This document shows positions 43,564 to 55,399 of a stretch of 64,000 nucleotides of DNA, piece after piece. The notes under the pieces were generated by a model, which searched no databases, was not told where the DNA came from, and saw nothing but the letters and a program-made list of their open reading frames with translations. The translations under genes and the position numbers were made by a program. This DNA comes from Bacillota bacterium (GTDB taxonomy: Bacteria > Bacillota > SHA-98 > UBA4971). Within the stretch, counting starts at the first letter, position 1, and the number at the start of each line of letters is the position of its first letter. Where the stretch lies: contig JASEJE010000015.1 of the NCBI GenBank assembly GCA_030024085.1, positions 14,375 to 78,374 of the forward strand, in the 5' to 3' direction.

Positions 43564-43662
43564 CTCCTTCCCTTGAGTCCTTCATACACAGAGCATGCCC
43601 CTTCCACCTCAGGGTGCAAGGGGCATGCAGGGTCGTCTGCTTCAGTCCTTGAAACCCCGGCT

Positions 43663-43914
43663 TCACTCCGCCAGGATGGCGGCCGAGGCCGCCCCTACTT
43701 CTATACCGCATGCTTTCCCGAGTTGCGCCATGGTGTCTACGTGGATGACCTGGACACCATTCGCCTTGCACAACTCTATCACGTTCTTTATGACTTTCTC
43801 TTCAGCGTCCCTGGCCAGGTAGATGACTTTCGCCTCTCCCCTTTCGAGAGCCTTGATGGTTTGCTTCGTGCCTACCGCCTTACGCTTCGCCATCTTCAAC
43901 TCGTCGTGGGACAT
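43663..43914 (-). CDS. ybxF: L7Ae-family ribosome-associated protein (YbxF/RplGB-like)
   Basis: 83 aa. MSHDELKMAKRKAVGTKQTIKALERGEAKVIYLARDAEE...LGKACGIEVGAASAAILAE. Lies between rpoC and rpsL as in Bacillus. RBS GGGAGGAGAGAGG. Confidence 0.85.
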   Translation of the reverse strand: MSHDELKMAKRKAVGTKQTIKALERGEAKVIYLARDAEEKVIKNVIELCKANGVQVIHVDTMAQLGKACGIEVGAASAAILAE

Positions 43915-44028
43915 CTTGCGTCCTCTCTCCTCCCTGGAGTTCCTCTGCCAGACCCAGGACACCCGAGGACATGGCTCTTCGCACACGTTCACATTTTAGC
44001 ATCGCCTCGTGGCCCTGTCAAGAAAACT

Positions 44029-47000
44029 TCAAGCCTTAGCCTCGACGTCGTCCTCTGTTCCGGCGTCAGCCCTGGCCTGCGAAAGCTCGCCGAGAGAGCG
44101 GCTCACGGGGCCGGGCACCGTGCCCGCCGACTCGAGGGACGGCCCCCCGGCGTCGCGGACGTCCTCGAGAAGGTCCCCTTCGTCTACCTCCTCACCCTGC
44201 GCAGCCTCTCCATCCTTGCCTGCCCTGTCCCGGGCGCCCTCCTCCGCAGCCACCTCTGCCTCCGCTCCTGCCTGTGCCGCTTCCTTCTCCTCCGCCTCGG
44301 CGACTTCTTCAGGCAGCACGGGTTTGACGTTGCGGTAGCGCGCCATGCCGGTGCCGGCCGGGATCAGCTTCCCGATGATGACGTTCTCCTTGAGCCCGAT
44401 GAGCGGGTCGGAGCGCCCCTTGATGGACGCCTCGGTGAGCACCCGCGTCGTCTCCTGGAAGGACGCAGCCGAGAGGAAGCTGTCAGTCGCAAGCGACGCC
44501 TTGGTGATGCCGAGGATGCCCGGTCGAGCCGTGGCAGGTCGCCCTCCGGCCTCCACCGCACGCCTGTTCTCGTCCTCGAAATCGAACATGTCGACCAGCC
44601 CGCCAGTGAGAAGGTCGGTGTCGCCGGGATCATCCACGCGCACCTTGCGGAGCATCTGGCGAACGACCACCTCGATGTGCTTGTCGTTGATCTCCACGCC
44701 CTGCGATCGGTATACGTCCTGCACCTGCCGCACGAGATAGTTCTGCACCGCCCGGACGCCCTTGACCCGCAGTATGTCGTGGGGGTTCAGCGAGCCCTCG
44801 GTTATCTGGTCGCCGGCGTATATCCTGTCGCCATCCTTGACCTCGAGCCTCGCACCGTACGGCACGGTGTAGGCTTTCTCCTCGCCCTGGTCTGTGCGGA
44901 CGATGACCTTGCGTGTGCCCTTGGTCTCGGTGATCCGCACCACGCCGTCGACCTCGCTTATGATCGCCTGGCCTTTCGGCTTGCGCGCCTCGAAGAGCTC
45001 CTCCACCCTCGGGAGGCCGTGGGTGATGTCGTCGCCCGCCACGCCGCCCGTGTGGAACGTCCTCATGGTAAGCTGCGTGCCCGGCTCGCCGATGGACTGC
45101 GCCGCGATTATGCCGACGGCCTCGCCCACCTCCACCATCCTGCCGGTGGCGAGGTTGCGCCCGTAGCACTTGACGCACACGCCGTACCTGGTGCGACAGG
45201 TGAGGGGCGAGCGTACCTTGACTTCCTCGATGCCCGCAAGCTCCATCGCCTTGGCCTGCTCCTCGACGATCTCCTCGCCGGCTTTCACAAGCACCTCACC
45301 GGTTTCAGGATGGACCACATCCTCGGCGGCGACGCGGCCGACCGCACGCTCCCGGAACGTCTCGACCACATCGTCACCCTGCCGGATGGCGCTCACCACT
45401 ATCCCATCGTCGGTGCCGCAGTCTTCCTCGCGGACGATGACGTCCTGCGCCACGTCCACCAGGCGCCGCGTGAGGTATCCGGAGTCGGCCGTCCGGAGCG
45501 CCGTATCGGCAAGGCCTTTACGCGTGCCGTGGGTCGAACTGAAGTATTCGAGCACCGTCAGGCCCTCGCGGAAGTTGGCCTTGATCGGGAAGTCGATGGT
45601 CCGCCCCGACGGGTCAGCCACAAGGCCCCTCATGCCAGCGAGCTGGCTGAGCTGCGAGATGTTGCCGCGGGCGCCGGACGTGGCCATCATGTACACCGGG
45701 TTGAACTTGTCGAGGTGCGCGATCATCGCTTCCTGGACCCTTTCGCGCGCCTCGGTCCAGCGGTCTATCACGAGCTGGTAGCGCTCATCGCTGGTGATGA
45801 GGCCGCGCTTGTGCTGCTGCTCGATGGCCTCGATCTTCTTTTCGGTTTCCCTGATGATGTCCTGCTTCTCAGGGGGTATGCTGATGTCCTCGATCCCCAC
45901 GGTCGTGCCGGACTGGGTCGCAGACCGGTACCCGATGCGCTTGAGGTTGTCGAGGATGTCAGCGGTCCTCGTGTTCCCATACTTGCGCTGGCACATGGCC
46001 ACGAGCTGCGCAAGGAACCCCTTGCTGGAAGGTCGCGTCGCCGGAGCCTCCCGTATCTGCTCGAGGATGGGCCTGCCCTCCCGCGCGTCGATGACGGTGC
46101 CGGTGAACACGGTCTCGTCCACGGCGTCCTCCACGGCGTTGTTGATGTACGGGAAATCATCCGGGAATATCGTGTTGAAGATGAGCTTCCCGACGGTCGT
46201 CACGAGAAGCTTACCTTTCTTATCGCCGTCGCTTATACCGAGGACGTTCTTCTTCGCAGGCATCCTCACGGCGATGCGCGCGTGCAGGGACACCGCGCCC
46301 TCCCTGTAAGCCATCACCGCTTCGTCAGGGCTCGCGAAGATCTTTCCCTCGCCTCTGCCGCCCTCCTGCTCGAGGGTGAGGTAGTAACAGCCGAGCACCA
46401 GGTCCTGCCCCGGGGTGGCGATGGGCTTGCCGTGAGCGGGCGAGAGGATGTTGTTCACCGATAGCATGAGCAGCCTCGCCTCGGCCTGCGCCTCAGCGGA
46501 GAGCGGCACGTGCACGGCCATCTGGTCGCCGTCGAAGTCAGCGTTGTACGCAGCGCACACCAGCGGGTGAATCTTTATGGCCTTGCCCTCCACGAGCACG
46601 GGCTCGAACGCCTGGATGCCCAGACGGTGAAGGGTGGGCGCGCGGTTGAGGAGCACAGGGTGGTCCTTGATGACGCCCTCGAGCACGTCCCACACCTCAT
46701 CGCGAACCCTCTCCACCATCCGCTTCGCGCTCTTGATGTTGTGGGCGTAACCCCGGTCCACGAGTTTCTTCATGACGAAGGGCTTGAAGAGCTCGAGCGC
46801 CATCTCCTTCGGAAGGCCGCACTGGTGCAGCTTGAGCTCGGGGCCCACAACGATGACGGACCGGCCCGAGTAGTCCACACGCTTGCCGAGGAGGTTCTGA
46901 CGGAACCGACCCTGCTTTCCTTTCAACATGTCGGAAAGTGACTTCAAAGGGCGACTGCCGGGACCCGTAACAGGCCTGCCGCGTCGGCCGTTGTCGATGA

Positions 47001-47883
47001 GAGCGTCAACCGCCTCCTGGAGCATGCGCTTCTCGTTTCTCACGATGATATCGGGCGCCTTCAGCTCGAGGAGCCTTTTCAGACGGTTGTTCCTGTTTAT
47101 CACTCGCCTGTAGAGGTCGTTCAGGTCAGACGTGGCAAACCTGCCTCCGTCCAGCTGCACCATGGGACGGAGGTCGGGCGGGATCACCGGGATGACGTCG
47201 AGAATCATCCTCTCAGGGCGGTTTCCGGACTTACGGAACGCCTCGACGACCTCCAGGCGCCTTGTCGCGCGCAGCCTCTTCTGGCCGGAGGAGTCACGGA
47301 TCTCGGCGCGCAGCTCCTCAGCAAGATCGTCGAGGTCGATCTCCTCGAGGAGCTTCTTTATGGCCTCCGCTCCCATGCCGGCCTCGAAGAGGTTGCCGAA
47401 CCTCTCTCGGTGCTCACGGTACTCGGCCTCGGACAGTAGCTGCTTCTTCGTGAGCGGGGTGTCCCCTGGATCGATCACGATGTAAGATGCAAAGTACACA
47501 ACCTTCTCGAGAGCGCGCGGAGACATGTCGAGGAGCAGCCCCATCCGGCTGGGAATGCCCTTGAAATACCAGATGTGGGTCACGGGCGCCGCGAGCTCGA
47601 TATGCCCCAGGCGCTCGCGCCGCACCTTTGACCGGGTCACCTCGACGCCGCACTTGTCGCAGACGATCCCCTTGTACCGGACCCTTTTGTACTTGCCGCA
47701 ATGGCACTCCCAGTCCCGGGTCGGTCCGAAGATCTTCTCGCAGAACAGACCCTCGCGTTCGGGCTTGAGCGTTCGGTAGTTGATGGTCTCGGGCTTCTTC
47801 ACCTCTCCGCTCGACCATTGCCTGATCTGCTCAGGGGACGCGAGGCCAATACGGATCTTGTCGAAGTTGTTGACGTCTAGCAC
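44029..47883 (-). CDS. rpoC: DNA-directed RNA polymerase subunit beta' with ~100-aa acidic/Ala-rich C-terminal tail
   Basis: 1284 aa. NADFDGDQM catalytic motif. Zn-finger [20 protein letters not shown]. Confidence 0.95.
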   Translation of the reverse strand: MLDVNNFDKIRIGLASPEQIRQWSSGEVKKPETINYRTLKPEREGLFCEKIFGPTRDWECHCGKYKRVRYKGIVCDKCGVEVTRSKVRRERLGHIELAAPVTHIWYFKGIPSRMGLLLDMSPRALEKVVYFASYIVIDPGDTPLTKKQLLSEAEYREHRERFGNLFEAGMGAEAIKKLLEEIDLDDLAEELRAEIRDSSGQKRLRATRRLEVVEAFRKSGNRPERMILDVIPVIPPDLRPMVQLDGGRFATSDLNDLYRRVINRNNRLKRLLELKAPDIIVRNEKRMLQEAVDALIDNGRRGRPVTGPGSRPLKSLSDMLKGKQGRFRQNLLGKRVDYSGRSVIVVGPELKLHQCGLPKEMALELFKPFVMKKLVDRGYAHNIKSAKRMVERVRDEVWDVLEGVIKDHPVLLNRAPTLHRLGIQAFEPVLVEGKAIKIHPLVCAAYNADFDGDQMAVHVPLSAEAQAEARLLMLSVNNILSPAHGKPIATPGQDLVLGCYYLTLEQEGGRGEGKIFASPDEAVMAYREGAVSLHARIAVRMPAKKNVLGISDGDKKGKLLVTTVGKLIFNTIFPDDFPYINNAVEDAVDETVFTGTVIDAREGRPILEQIREAPATRPSSKGFLAQLVAMCQRKYGNTRTADILDNLKRIGYRSATQSGTTVGIEDISIPPEKQDIIRETEKKIEAIEQQHKRGLITSDERYQLVIDRWTEARERVQEAMIAHLDKFNPVYMMATSGARGNISQLSQLAGMRGLVADPSGRTIDFPIKANFREGLTVLEYFSSTHGTRKGLADTALRTADSGYLTRRLVDVAQDVIVREEDCGTDDGIVVSAIRQGDDVVETFRERAVGRVAAEDVVHPETGEVLVKAGEEIVEEQAKAMELAGIEEVKVRSPLTCRTRYGVCVKCYGRNLATGRMVEVGEAVGIIAAQSIGEPGTQLTMRTFHTGGVAGDDITHGLPRVEELFEARKPKGQAIISEVDGVVRITETKGTRKVIVRTDQGEEKAYTVPYGARLEVKDGDRIYAGDQITEGSLNPHDILRVKGVRAVQNYLVRQVQDVYRSQGVEINDKHIEVVVRQMLRKVRVDDPGDTDLLTGGLVDMFDFEDENRRAVEAGGRPATARPGILGITKASLATDSFLSAASFQETTRVLTEASIKGRSDPLIGLKENVIIGKLIPAGTGMARYRNVKPVLPEEVAEAEEKEAAQAGAEAEVAAEEGARDRAGKDGEAAQGEEVDEGDLLEDVRDAGGPSLESAGTVPGPVSRSLGELSQARADAGTEDDVEAKA

Positions 47884-47907
47884 CGGCCTCTCCTCCTCTC
47901 CCTCACG

Positions 47908-50900
47908 CTATGCGCGCTCGCCGTCATCGTCGCCGGCGTCGTCCTCGTCCTCATCGTCGAAAACGCCCCCCAGGTCGTCTTCCTTGCCTTCGCCTTCCTC
48001 TTCGTCTTCGTCTTCGTCTTCGTCTTCGTCTTCGTCTTCGCCCTCGTCTTCGTTCTCGTCTGCGTAGTAGGCATCGTCTTCCTCGTCTGCTTCGAGCTCG
48101 TCCTCGTACCCGGGTTCGCCTTCGACTTCCGTGTCATCCTCGGCGGCCTCATCGGACACCTCGACCCCCGCGGCAACCCCGGTCGCAGCCGCACCTACAT
48201 CGTCTTCCTCCTCCACGCCTTCCTCATCTTCTCCGGACATCGGTGCCTCGTGAATGGTCATGCCGAGCGCCTCGCCGTCTTCTCCGGCCTCAAGGCCCAC
48301 CTCGTCTCCGTCTTCGTCCATGTCTTCGTCTTCATCTTCTGGAAACCTGGACTCCGCCCGGCGCGGGACGAAGAGGCGTTCCTCAGGGAGCAGTTCGTCG
48401 GTCTCCCTGCCTTCGATGTCGATGCCAAGGTCCCTGGCGGTGTCGGCGATGTCATCGTCGGACTCGCCGATCTCGATCTCGCGTTCGTCCTCGCTCAGCA
48501 CCTTGACATCCAGCGCCAGGCTCTGAAGCTCTTTTATGAGAACCTTGAACGACTCGGGCACGCCGGGCTCGGGCACGTTCTCGCCCTTCACCACGGCCTC
48601 ATACGTTTTCACGCGGCCCACCACGTCGTCGGATTTCACTGTAAGGAGTTCCTGGAGAGTGAAAGCCGCGCCATATGCCTCGAGAGCCCATACCTCCATC
48701 TCTCCAAACCTCTGGCCGCCGAACTGGGCCTTGCCCCCCAGCGGCTGCTGGGTCACGAGGGAGTACGGACCCGTGGATCGAGCGTGGATCTTGTCGTCCA
48801 CGAGGTGGAGCAGTTTCATCAGGTAAGCGTAGCCCACGGTTATCGGGTTGTCGAACGGCTCGCCGGTGCGGCCGTCATACAGAACCGTCTTCCCGTTGGC
48901 CGGCAACCCCGCGTCTTCTAGAGCTTCGAGGATCTCGTTCTCCGTGGCTCCGTCGAATACTGCGCTCGCCACCGGGGTGTCCATGACCTTCGCAACCCAC
49001 CCGAGGTGTGTTTCCAGCACCTGTCCGAGGTTCATTCGAGACGGCACCCCGAGTGGGTTCAGCACCACTTCTATGGGTGTTCCGTCCGGCATGAACGGCA
49101 TATCCTCTTCAGGCAGGATCCTGGCTATGACACCCTTGTTGCCATGACGCCCGGCCATCTTGTCGCCCTCGGAGACCTTACGTTTCTGGGCGATGTATAC
49201 GCGAACGAGGCGGTTCACGCCCGGGCCCAGCTCATCGCCGGCTTCCCGCGAGAACACGTACACCGCCACCACCTTGCCGGACTCCCCGTGAGGCACCCGC
49301 AGAGAGGTATCCCTCACCTCGCGCGCCTTCTCGCCGAAGATGGCGCGAAGCAGGCGCTCCTCCGCGGTGAGTTCCGTTTCACCCTTCGGCGTGACCTTGC
49401 CCACGAGGATGTCTCCGGGGCGCACGTAAGCCCCTGCGCGGATGATGCCCCGCTCGTCGAGGTCCTTGAGGGCCTCCTCGCCCACGTTGGGAATGTCCCT
49501 CGTGATCTCCTCGGAGCCCAGCTTGGTGTCGCGCGCCTCGCACTCGTACTCCTCTATATGAATGGACGTGAAGGTGTCCTCCTTCACCAGCTTCTCGCTT
49601 ATGAGGATGGCGTCCTCGTAGTTGTAACCCTCCCAGGGCAGGAACGCCACGAGCACGTTCCGGCCAAGGGCCATCTCTCCGTTATCGGTCGAAGGGCCGT
49701 CCGCGATGACGTCTCCCCGTTCCACCCGTTCCCCCTTCCGGACGATGGGCTTCTGGTTTATGCACGTCCCCTGGTTCGACCTCATGAACTTGAGAAGCTT
49801 GTATGTGTCAGTGCCACCGGTGTCGGTCTCGATGACGATCTCGTCCGAGGACGCGCTCACCACCTGGCCGCTGTTCCGGGCAAGCACCACAGCGCCGGAG
49901 TCGACAGCGGCCTTGTACTCCATGCCCGTGCCGACGAGCGGAGCCTCACTGCGAACGAGCGGGACGGCCTGGCGCTGCATGTTCGACCCCATGAGCGCGC
50001 GGCCTGCGTCGTCGTTCTCGAGGAACGGGATGAGCGCAGTCGCGATACTCACGATCTGCTTGGGCGACACGTCCATGAAGTCGACCTGATCTCCGGGGAC
50101 CTCCATGATCTGGTCCTTGTAACGGGCAGCGACCTTGGGGTTGGCGAACGATCCGTCCGCGTTGATGGGTTCGTTCGCCTGGGCTATGACGTACTTGTCT
50201 TCCTCGTCGGCCGTGAGGTAGAGGATCTCCTCTGTGACCTTCCCATCGACGACCCTCCGGTAAGGCGTCTCGATGAAGCCGTACTCGTTTATCCGCGCGT
50301 ACGTACACAGCGCGCCGATGAGCCCGATGTTGGGACCTTCAGGCGTCTCCACGGGACACATACGCCCGTAATGCGAGTGGTGGACGTCGCGCACTTCAAA
50401 CCCTGCCCTCTCCCGGCTGAGGCCTCCAGGGCCCAGCGCCGAGAGGCGTCTCTTGTGCGTCAGCTCCGCGAGGGGGTTGGTCTGGTCCATGAACTGCGAG
50501 AGCTGGCTCGACCCGAAGAACTCCTTGATGGCCGCCACCACAGGCCTGATATTGATGAGCGTCTGGGGGGTGACCACGTCCACGTCCTGGATGGTCATCC
50601 TCTCCCTGACCACGCGCTCCATACGGGAAAGGCCTATCCTGAACTGGTTCTGCAGTAGTTCCCCCACGGACTTCAGGCGCCTGTTGCCCAGGTGGTCTAT
50701 GTCATCGGTGCCGCCGACGCCCCGTATCAGGCCGAGCTGGTAGTTGACGGCTGCGATGATGTCCTCACGCGTTATGGTTTTCAGGTCGGGCGACGGGAAG
50801 CCGTTGTCGACGACCTTGACCGGGTTGCCGTCGGGGTCGGCCACCACGGCTGTGAGGACCGTACCTCTCCCCGGTCCCCCGGCCGCCTGCTGAAGGGCCA

Positions 50901-51840
50901 TCGCAGCCTTTCTGTCCACCTTTTGCCCTGCGTCGAGGAGCACCTCCCCTGTGGAAGGGTCGATGAGGGGCTCCAGCAGGGTGAGGCCCACCAGCCTTTC
51001 GCTCAGCGAAAGCTTCTTGTTGAGCTTGTAGCGTCCGACAGCGGCGAGGTCATAGCGCCTGGGGTCAAAGAAGAGCGTCTCGAAGAGCGAGCGCGCGCTC
51101 TCCTCAGTAGGCGGCTCGCCTGGACGCAGACGCTTGTAAATCTCTACGAGGCCGTCAGCCTCTGACTCCGTGTTGTCGCGATCGAGGGTGTTGCGTATAG
51201 CCTCGCTGTCGCCCAGCAGATCGATGATCTGGGCCTCGGTGCCGTAGCCCAGGGCGCGGATGAGCACGGTGACAGGCAGCTTACGGGTACGATCAACGCG
51301 CACCCATATGCACTCCTGGGAGTCCATCTCCAGCTCCAGCCAGGCGCCCCTGTTCGGGATGACGCTGGCCGAAAACAGGGCCTTGCCGTTGGGGTCTATC
51401 GTGCGCCCGTAGTACACCCCCGGCGACCGGACGAGCTGGCTTACGATGACCCGCTCCGCGCCGTTGATGATGAACGTGCCCTTGTCTGTCATGAGCGGGA
51501 ATTCGCCCATGAACACCTCCTGCTCCTTGACCTCGCCCGTCTCCCTGTTGATGAGGCGGACGCGCACCTTGAGAGGAGCGGAGTAGGTTACGTCTCTCTG
51601 CTTGCACTCTTCCACGGAGTACTTAGCGTCGCCGAGCGAGTAGTCCACGAACTCCAGGATGAGGTTGCCGGTGAAGTCCTGGATGGGTGAGATGTCCCGG
51701 AACGTCTCTAGCAGGCCCTCGGAGAGAAACCAGTCGTAGGACCGTTGCTGGATCTCGATCAGGTTTGGAACGTCGAGAACCTCGTCGATCTTGGAGAAGC
51801 TTAGCCGTTGCCGCCTGCCGACCTGTGTCATAACGGCCAT
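47908..51840 (-). CDS. rpoB: DNA-directed RNA polymerase subunit beta with ~190-aa poly-acidic C-terminal tail
   Basis: 1310 aa. Rifampicin-cluster region [34 protein letters not shown]. Tail includes (ED)n encoded by (GAAGAC)n. Confidence 0.95.
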   Translation of the reverse strand: MAVMTQVGRRQRLSFSKIDEVLDVPNLIEIQQRSYDWFLSEGLLETFRDISPIQDFTGNLILEFVDYSLGDAKYSVEECKQRDVTYSAPLKVRVRLINRETGEVKEQEVFMGEFPLMTDKGTFIINGAERVIVSQLVRSPGVYYGRTIDPNGKALFSASVIPNRGAWLELEMDSQECIWVRVDRTRKLPVTVLIRALGYGTEAQIIDLLGDSEAIRNTLDRDNTESEADGLVEIYKRLRPGEPPTEESARSLFETLFFDPRRYDLAAVGRYKLNKKLSLSERLVGLTLLEPLIDPSTGEVLLDAGQKVDRKAAMALQQAAGGPGRGTVLTAVVADPDGNPVKVVDNGFPSPDLKTITREDIIAAVNYQLGLIRGVGGTDDIDHLGNRRLKSVGELLQNQFRIGLSRMERVVRERMTIQDVDVVTPQTLINIRPVVAAIKEFFGSSQLSQFMDQTNPLAELTHKRRLSALGPGGLSRERAGFEVRDVHHSHYGRMCPVETPEGPNIGLIGALCTYARINEYGFIETPYRRVVDGKVTEEILYLTADEEDKYVIAQANEPINADGSFANPKVAARYKDQIMEVPGDQVDFMDVSPKQIVSIATALIPFLENDDAGRALMGSNMQRQAVPLVRSEAPLVGTGMEYKAAVDSGAVVLARNSGQVVSASSDEIVIETDTGGTDTYKLLKFMRSNQGTCINQKPIVRKGERVERGDVIADGPSTDNGEMALGRNVLVAFLPWEGYNYEDAILISEKLVKEDTFTSIHIEEYECEARDTKLGSEEITRDIPNVGEEALKDLDERGIIRAGAYVRPGDILVGKVTPKGETELTAEERLLRAIFGEKAREVRDTSLRVPHGESGKVVAVYVFSREAGDELGPGVNRLVRVYIAQKRKVSEGDKMAGRHGNKGVIARILPEEDMPFMPDGTPIEVVLNPLGVPSRMNLGQVLETHLGWVAKVMDTPVASAVFDGATENEILEALEDAGLPANGKTVLYDGRTGEPFDNPITVGYAYLMKLLHLVDDKIHARSTGPYSLVTQQPLGGKAQFGGQRFGEMEVWALEAYGAAFTLQELLTVKSDDVVGRVKTYEAVVKGENVPEPGVPESFKVLIKELQSLALDVKVLSEDEREIEIGESDDDIADTARDLGIDIEGRETDELLPEERLFVPRRAESRFPEDEDEDMDEDGDEVGLEAGEDGEALGMTIHEAPMSGEDEEGVEEEDDVGAAATGVAAGVEVSDEAAEDDTEVEGEPGYEDELEADEEDDAYYADENEDEGEDEDEDEDEDEDEEEGEGKEDDLGGVFDDEDEDDAGDDDGERA

Positions 51841-52113
51841 CCTGTCACGCTCCTATCTCCCACCGAAATGTGAGCGGATGACAACACTATAAGCAGGTCA
51901 CGAGAAGTTCCCTGCTATCAGCGCCTGAGAAATTTGGTTTGGATGAAGGAAAAGAAGGGTCTCACGTAGTATTAATAAGTCAGATGGGAAAAATGCGCCT
52001 GACTCAGGTTGTCGCATTCTTTAATGCTAACAGACGATCTGAGCCGTGTCAAGCGCAAAGGGGAGCCCGTGTCGCCTTCACGGGCGCCCCTTGTCCGTGT
52101 ACATCGGATCTCT

Positions 52114-52491
52114 CTACTTTATCTCCACGGTTGCCCCTTCTTCTTCGAGTTTCGCCTTTATCGCCTCGGCCTCTTCCTTCTTGACGCCTTCCTTGACAGG
52201 CTTCGGCGCTCCCTCAACGAGCTCCTTGGCTTCCTTCAGCCCAAGACCAGTCAGCTCGCGCACGACCTTGAGGACCGGGATCTTCTTGGCGCCTGCGTCC
52301 ACCAGGATGACGTCGAACTCGGTTTTCTCTTCGACCTCGGCTGCGGGCGCCGCTGCCGCCGCGGGACCGGCAGCGACGGCCACGGGCGCCGCCGCGCTGA
52401 CCCCGAACTTCTCCTCGATTGCCTTTACCAGCTCCGACAGCTCCAGCACGGTCATGTTGGCGATTGCCTCGATAATCTCATCTTTCGTCAT
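52114..52491 (-). CDS. rplL: 50S ribosomal protein L7/L12
   Basis: [43 protein letters not shown] 7 nt before the ATG. Confidence 0.9.
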   Translation of the reverse strand: MTKDEIIEAIANMTVLELSELVKAIEEKFGVSAAAPVAVAAGPAAAAAPAAEVEEKTEFDVILVDAGAKKIPVLKVVRELTGLGLKEAKELVEGAPKPVKEGVKKEEAEAIKAKLEEEGATVEIK

Positions 52492-52548
52492 TTCGTATCT
52501 CTCCTTCATTCATAGATCATACATAGATCACAGTCTTCTTCATGCTCC

Positions 52549-53094
52549 TCAGGCGGGTGCCCCTTCTCCTGCCCCTTCCCTCTGGCGCCTCACGGCGTCG
52601 ATAGCATAGGCGAGGTTACGCATTGTGCCCGCAAGGGCGCGAGCAAGACCCGATATGGGTGCGGCCATTGTCGCTGCCACGCGGCCGAGCATGACCTCGC
52701 GGGATGGCAATTCGGCAAGGCTGCGCACATCGTCCGGGCCTATGACCTTTCCTTGCAACGCTCCGCCCTTGATCTCCATCTCCTTGTGCTCGCGGGTGAA
52801 CTCCGAGATGATCTTGGCGGGAGCCACCGGGTCGCCCAGGGCGAACGCGATCGCCGTGGGTCCCTCGAGATACCGTTCCAGGTCGCCCAGGCCGACCTCC
52901 TTCGATGCGATACGGGTAAGCGTGTTCTTGACGACCTTGAGCTCGACGTCAGCCTCACCGAGCTTTCTGCGGAGTTCGGTGAGGGTACTGACGTTCAGCC
53001 CGCGGTAGTTGGTGAGCACGACACCCTGGGACTTCGCGAGTTTCTCCCTGATTTCCTGTACTGCGGCTTCCTTCTCCGGCTTTGGCAATTCCAA
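52549..53094 (-). CDS. rplJ: 50S ribosomal protein L10 (TTG start)
   Basis: ELPKPEKEAAVQEIREKLAKSQGVVLTNYRGLNVSTLTELR. RBS AAAGGAGGTG. The ORF-track N-extension was rejected. Confidence 0.85.
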   Translation of the reverse strand: MELPKPEKEAAVQEIREKLAKSQGVVLTNYRGLNVSTLTELRRKLGEADVELKVVKNTLTRIASKEVGLGDLERYLEGPTAIAFALGDPVAPAKIISEFTREHKEMEIKGGALQGKVIGPDDVRSLAELPSREVMLGRVAATMAAPISGLARALAGTMRNLAYAIDAVRRQREGAGEGAPA

Positions 53095-53307
53095 CTGGCA
53101 CCTCCTTTCGCTCTGTCGCTCAAGTAAGTCGCTCAGGTGACAGGTGAGAACCATTCGGACCTGACACTCGGACCTGCCTCATCGAGACGGCCACATCCCG
53201 CGGCACGGGGCACCATCAACCCCGTCGCGACCGTCAACTCACAAGTGCTTCTGATTCCTGGCTCCTGACCATGCACCTGGTGACCACATACACGTATGCA
53301 TAAACGT

Positions 53308-53338
53308 AAAGAGGCTCCCGCAAGACATGCGGGGGCCT
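53308..53338 (-). terminator. terminator-like hairpin inside the 860-nt rplA-rplJ spacer
   Basis: Minus strand reads AGAGGCCCCCGCATGTCTTGCGGGAGCCTCT followed by TTACGTTTATG. Confidence 0.35.
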
Positions 53339-53953
53339 CTCGACAGGCGCATGAACACCGATGGCATGCCTCGTTCCACGCCGGCTGCCCGCAGCCGTTC
53401 CCCTGGCAGCACAGACACCAGTCTTCCAGCCGGCCCTTGCGGCTGGCGTGCGGCCTGCGCCCAGGTCTCCGACGGCCTGCGCTCATGCTTCCACTACGAC
53501 GCCTGTCCCCCGACCTCGGCGGGCGAGCCTTTGCGCCACTCTGCGCCACTTTGCGCTAGGCCTCTATGCCAGGCCTCTACAAGACATGGCGCCACGCGGC
53601 TCATTAGGTTCGAGTCGCCCGAAGGCGCCCTGGCCCCGGTCTCCTCGAACACCCGCTGTCTTGGGTCATGGAAAGCGCGCTTTTACGCGTATTCACTTTT
53701 CAGTCAACGTCCACCATCCATCGCTCGCAGGCCCTCACCGACCGTGCACGAACTCGCCGATCGGCGCCGCTTTCGCCCTGCCGCTGGATTCGGCACCGAC
53801 GCTCATGCGGCGGGGCCTCAGAACCGCGCCACTCGCCTGCGGGCCATGTCTTGGCGGATGCATCGCGGATGCATCAGAGTCGCTCAGCGCACTGGCTGCG
53901 CGCCACCTCTGCGCCTGCCGTGCACCTGCAGGGATCCTGGCATCAACCTGTTG

Positions 53954-54664
53954 CTATCTTTCGGCAGAGATGGTGGCGGCCTGCACCGGGCTTATCTTGA
54001 CGCCGGGGCCCATGGTCGTCGAGACTACCACGCTCTTAACGTAAGTCCCCCGGGCTGCAGGTGGCTTGGCCTTGATGAGCGCGTCCATGAGGGCTCCCAG
54101 GTTCCCCAGGAGCCTCGAGGCCTCGAACGAAGCCTTGCCGATGGGGACGTGCACGATGCCCGCCTTGTCCGCACGGTACTCCACCTTACCGGCTTTGATA
54201 TCCTGGATGGCCCTGGCGACCTCGAACGTGACAGTGCCGGTCTTCGGGTTGGGCATCAGGCCCCTCGGACCGAGGATGCGGCCGAGCCGACCAACGACGC
54301 CCATCATGTCGGGAGTGGCAACCGCCACGTCGAAATCCATCCAGCCACCCTGAACTCTCTCTGCGAGGTCCTCAGCGCCCACATAGTCAGCGCCCGCGGC
54401 CTCGGCCTCCTTCGCCTTCTCACCCTTGGCGAAGACGGCCACTCTCACGGTCTTGCCGGTGCCGTACGGGAGAACTACCGCCCCTCGAACCTGCTGGTCA
54501 GACCGCTTTGTGTCGATCCCGAGCCTCACCGAGGCCTCCACCGTCTCATCGAACTTGGCTGTCGCCGTCTTCTTCACGATTTCAACAGCCTCGGAAGGTG
54601 AGTAGAGCTGCTGCTTATCGTATTGCTTCAAAGCTTCCTGGTATCTCTTGCCACGCTCTGCCAT
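53954..54664 (-). CDS. rplA: 50S ribosomal protein L1
   Basis: [42 protein letters not shown] 8 nt before the ATG at 54664. Confidence 0.9.
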   Translation of the reverse strand: MAERGKRYQEALKQYDKQQLYSPSEAVEIVKKTATAKFDETVEASVRLGIDTKRSDQQVRGAVVLPYGTGKTVRVAVFAKGEKAKEAEAAGADYVGAEDLAERVQGGWMDFDVAVATPDMMGVVGRLGRILGPRGLMPNPKTGTVTFEVARAIQDIKAGKVEYRADKAGIVHVPIGKASFEASRLLGNLGALMDALIKAKPPAARGTYVKSVVVSTTMGPGVKISPVQAATISAER

Positions 54665-54750
54665 AATCGAACCTCCTTGTGGTCCAGACGGATTGCTCCT
54701 CCCACCAAAACTACGTGTATCGTCGCGCAGCAGCGTCCCATTACATTGCG

Positions 54751-54775
54751 TTCCGTTCCGTTCCGTTCCGTTCCG
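54751..54775. repeat. (GTTCC)5 pentanucleotide microsatellite in the rplK-rplA intergenic leader
   Basis: gttccgttccgttccgttccgttcc read directly from the sequence. Confidence 0.9.
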
Positions 54776-54878
54776 CACCGTCCAGCCCCACCCGGCCTGG
54801 CGAGCGCGGCGAGCCCGGACGCTGCATGGCTGTATGAACATGGGCGTTGCCCTGCGCGAGCTTGAATACCGCGGCGCT

Positions 54879-55307
54879 CTACGCCTCGACCTCCACGCCC
54901 ATGCTCCGCGCCGTGCCTGCGATCATCCGCTCCGCGGCCTCGACGGTTGTGGCGTTGAGATCCTTCATCTTGAGCTCGGCTATCTCGCGCAGCTGGGCGC
55001 GGGTGAGCTTCGCCACCTTATCCCTGTTGGGCTGACCGGAGCCCTTCTCGATGCCGGCTGCCTTCCTGATGAGGAACGAAGCCGGAGGGGTCTTGAGCAC
55101 ATACGTAAAGGACCGGTCCTCGTAGACGGTTATCTCCACCGGGATGATGGTGCCGGCTTGCGCCGCGGTCTTCTCGTTGAACGAGCGCACGAACTCCATG
55201 ATGTTCACGCTGTGCTGCGCCAGAGCCGGCCCCACCGGCGGCGCAGCGGTGGCTTTGCCCGCCGATATCTGTAACTTCACTATTGCGGCTATCTTCTTCT
55301 TGGCCAT
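54879..55307 (-). CDS. rplK: 50S ribosomal protein L11
   Basis: [42 protein letters not shown]. Confidence 0.9.
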   Translation of the reverse strand: MAKKKIAAIVKLQISAGKATAAPPVGPALAQHSVNIMEFVRSFNEKTAAQAGTIIPVEITVYEDRSFTYVLKTPPASFLIRKAAGIEKGSGQPNRDKVAKLTRAQLREIAELKMKDLNATTVEAAERMIAGTARSMGVEVEA

Positions 55308-55399
55308 GAAATGCGTCCCTCCTGCGCGCTTGAAACCCGGCAAACACGTTGCACGGGCCCCGGCCCCGTCCGGGCCCCGCGCGTGTCTCGCGTCTTACC

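Noticed and set aside
43573-46464. 963-aa plus-strand ORF, and similar long ORFs: 768..2015(-), 1468..2733(-), 2792..4081(+), 18853..20511(+), 49006..50658(+), 53327..54601(+), 57244..59454(-)
   Set aside because: All lie antisense to, or out of frame with, strongly supported genes (rpoC, opu genes, ald, rplM/truA, rpoB, rplA, csd). Their products are Arg/Pro/Gly-rich with no motifs. They are typical stop-codon-poor artefacts of a ~66% GC genome.
53133-53549. 138-aa Cys/Arg-rich minus-strand ORF inside the rplA-rplJ spacer
   Set aside because: No RBS and an extreme composition (CLCCQGNGCGQ...CHRCSCAC). The context is an autoregulatory leader, so it was treated as noncoding.
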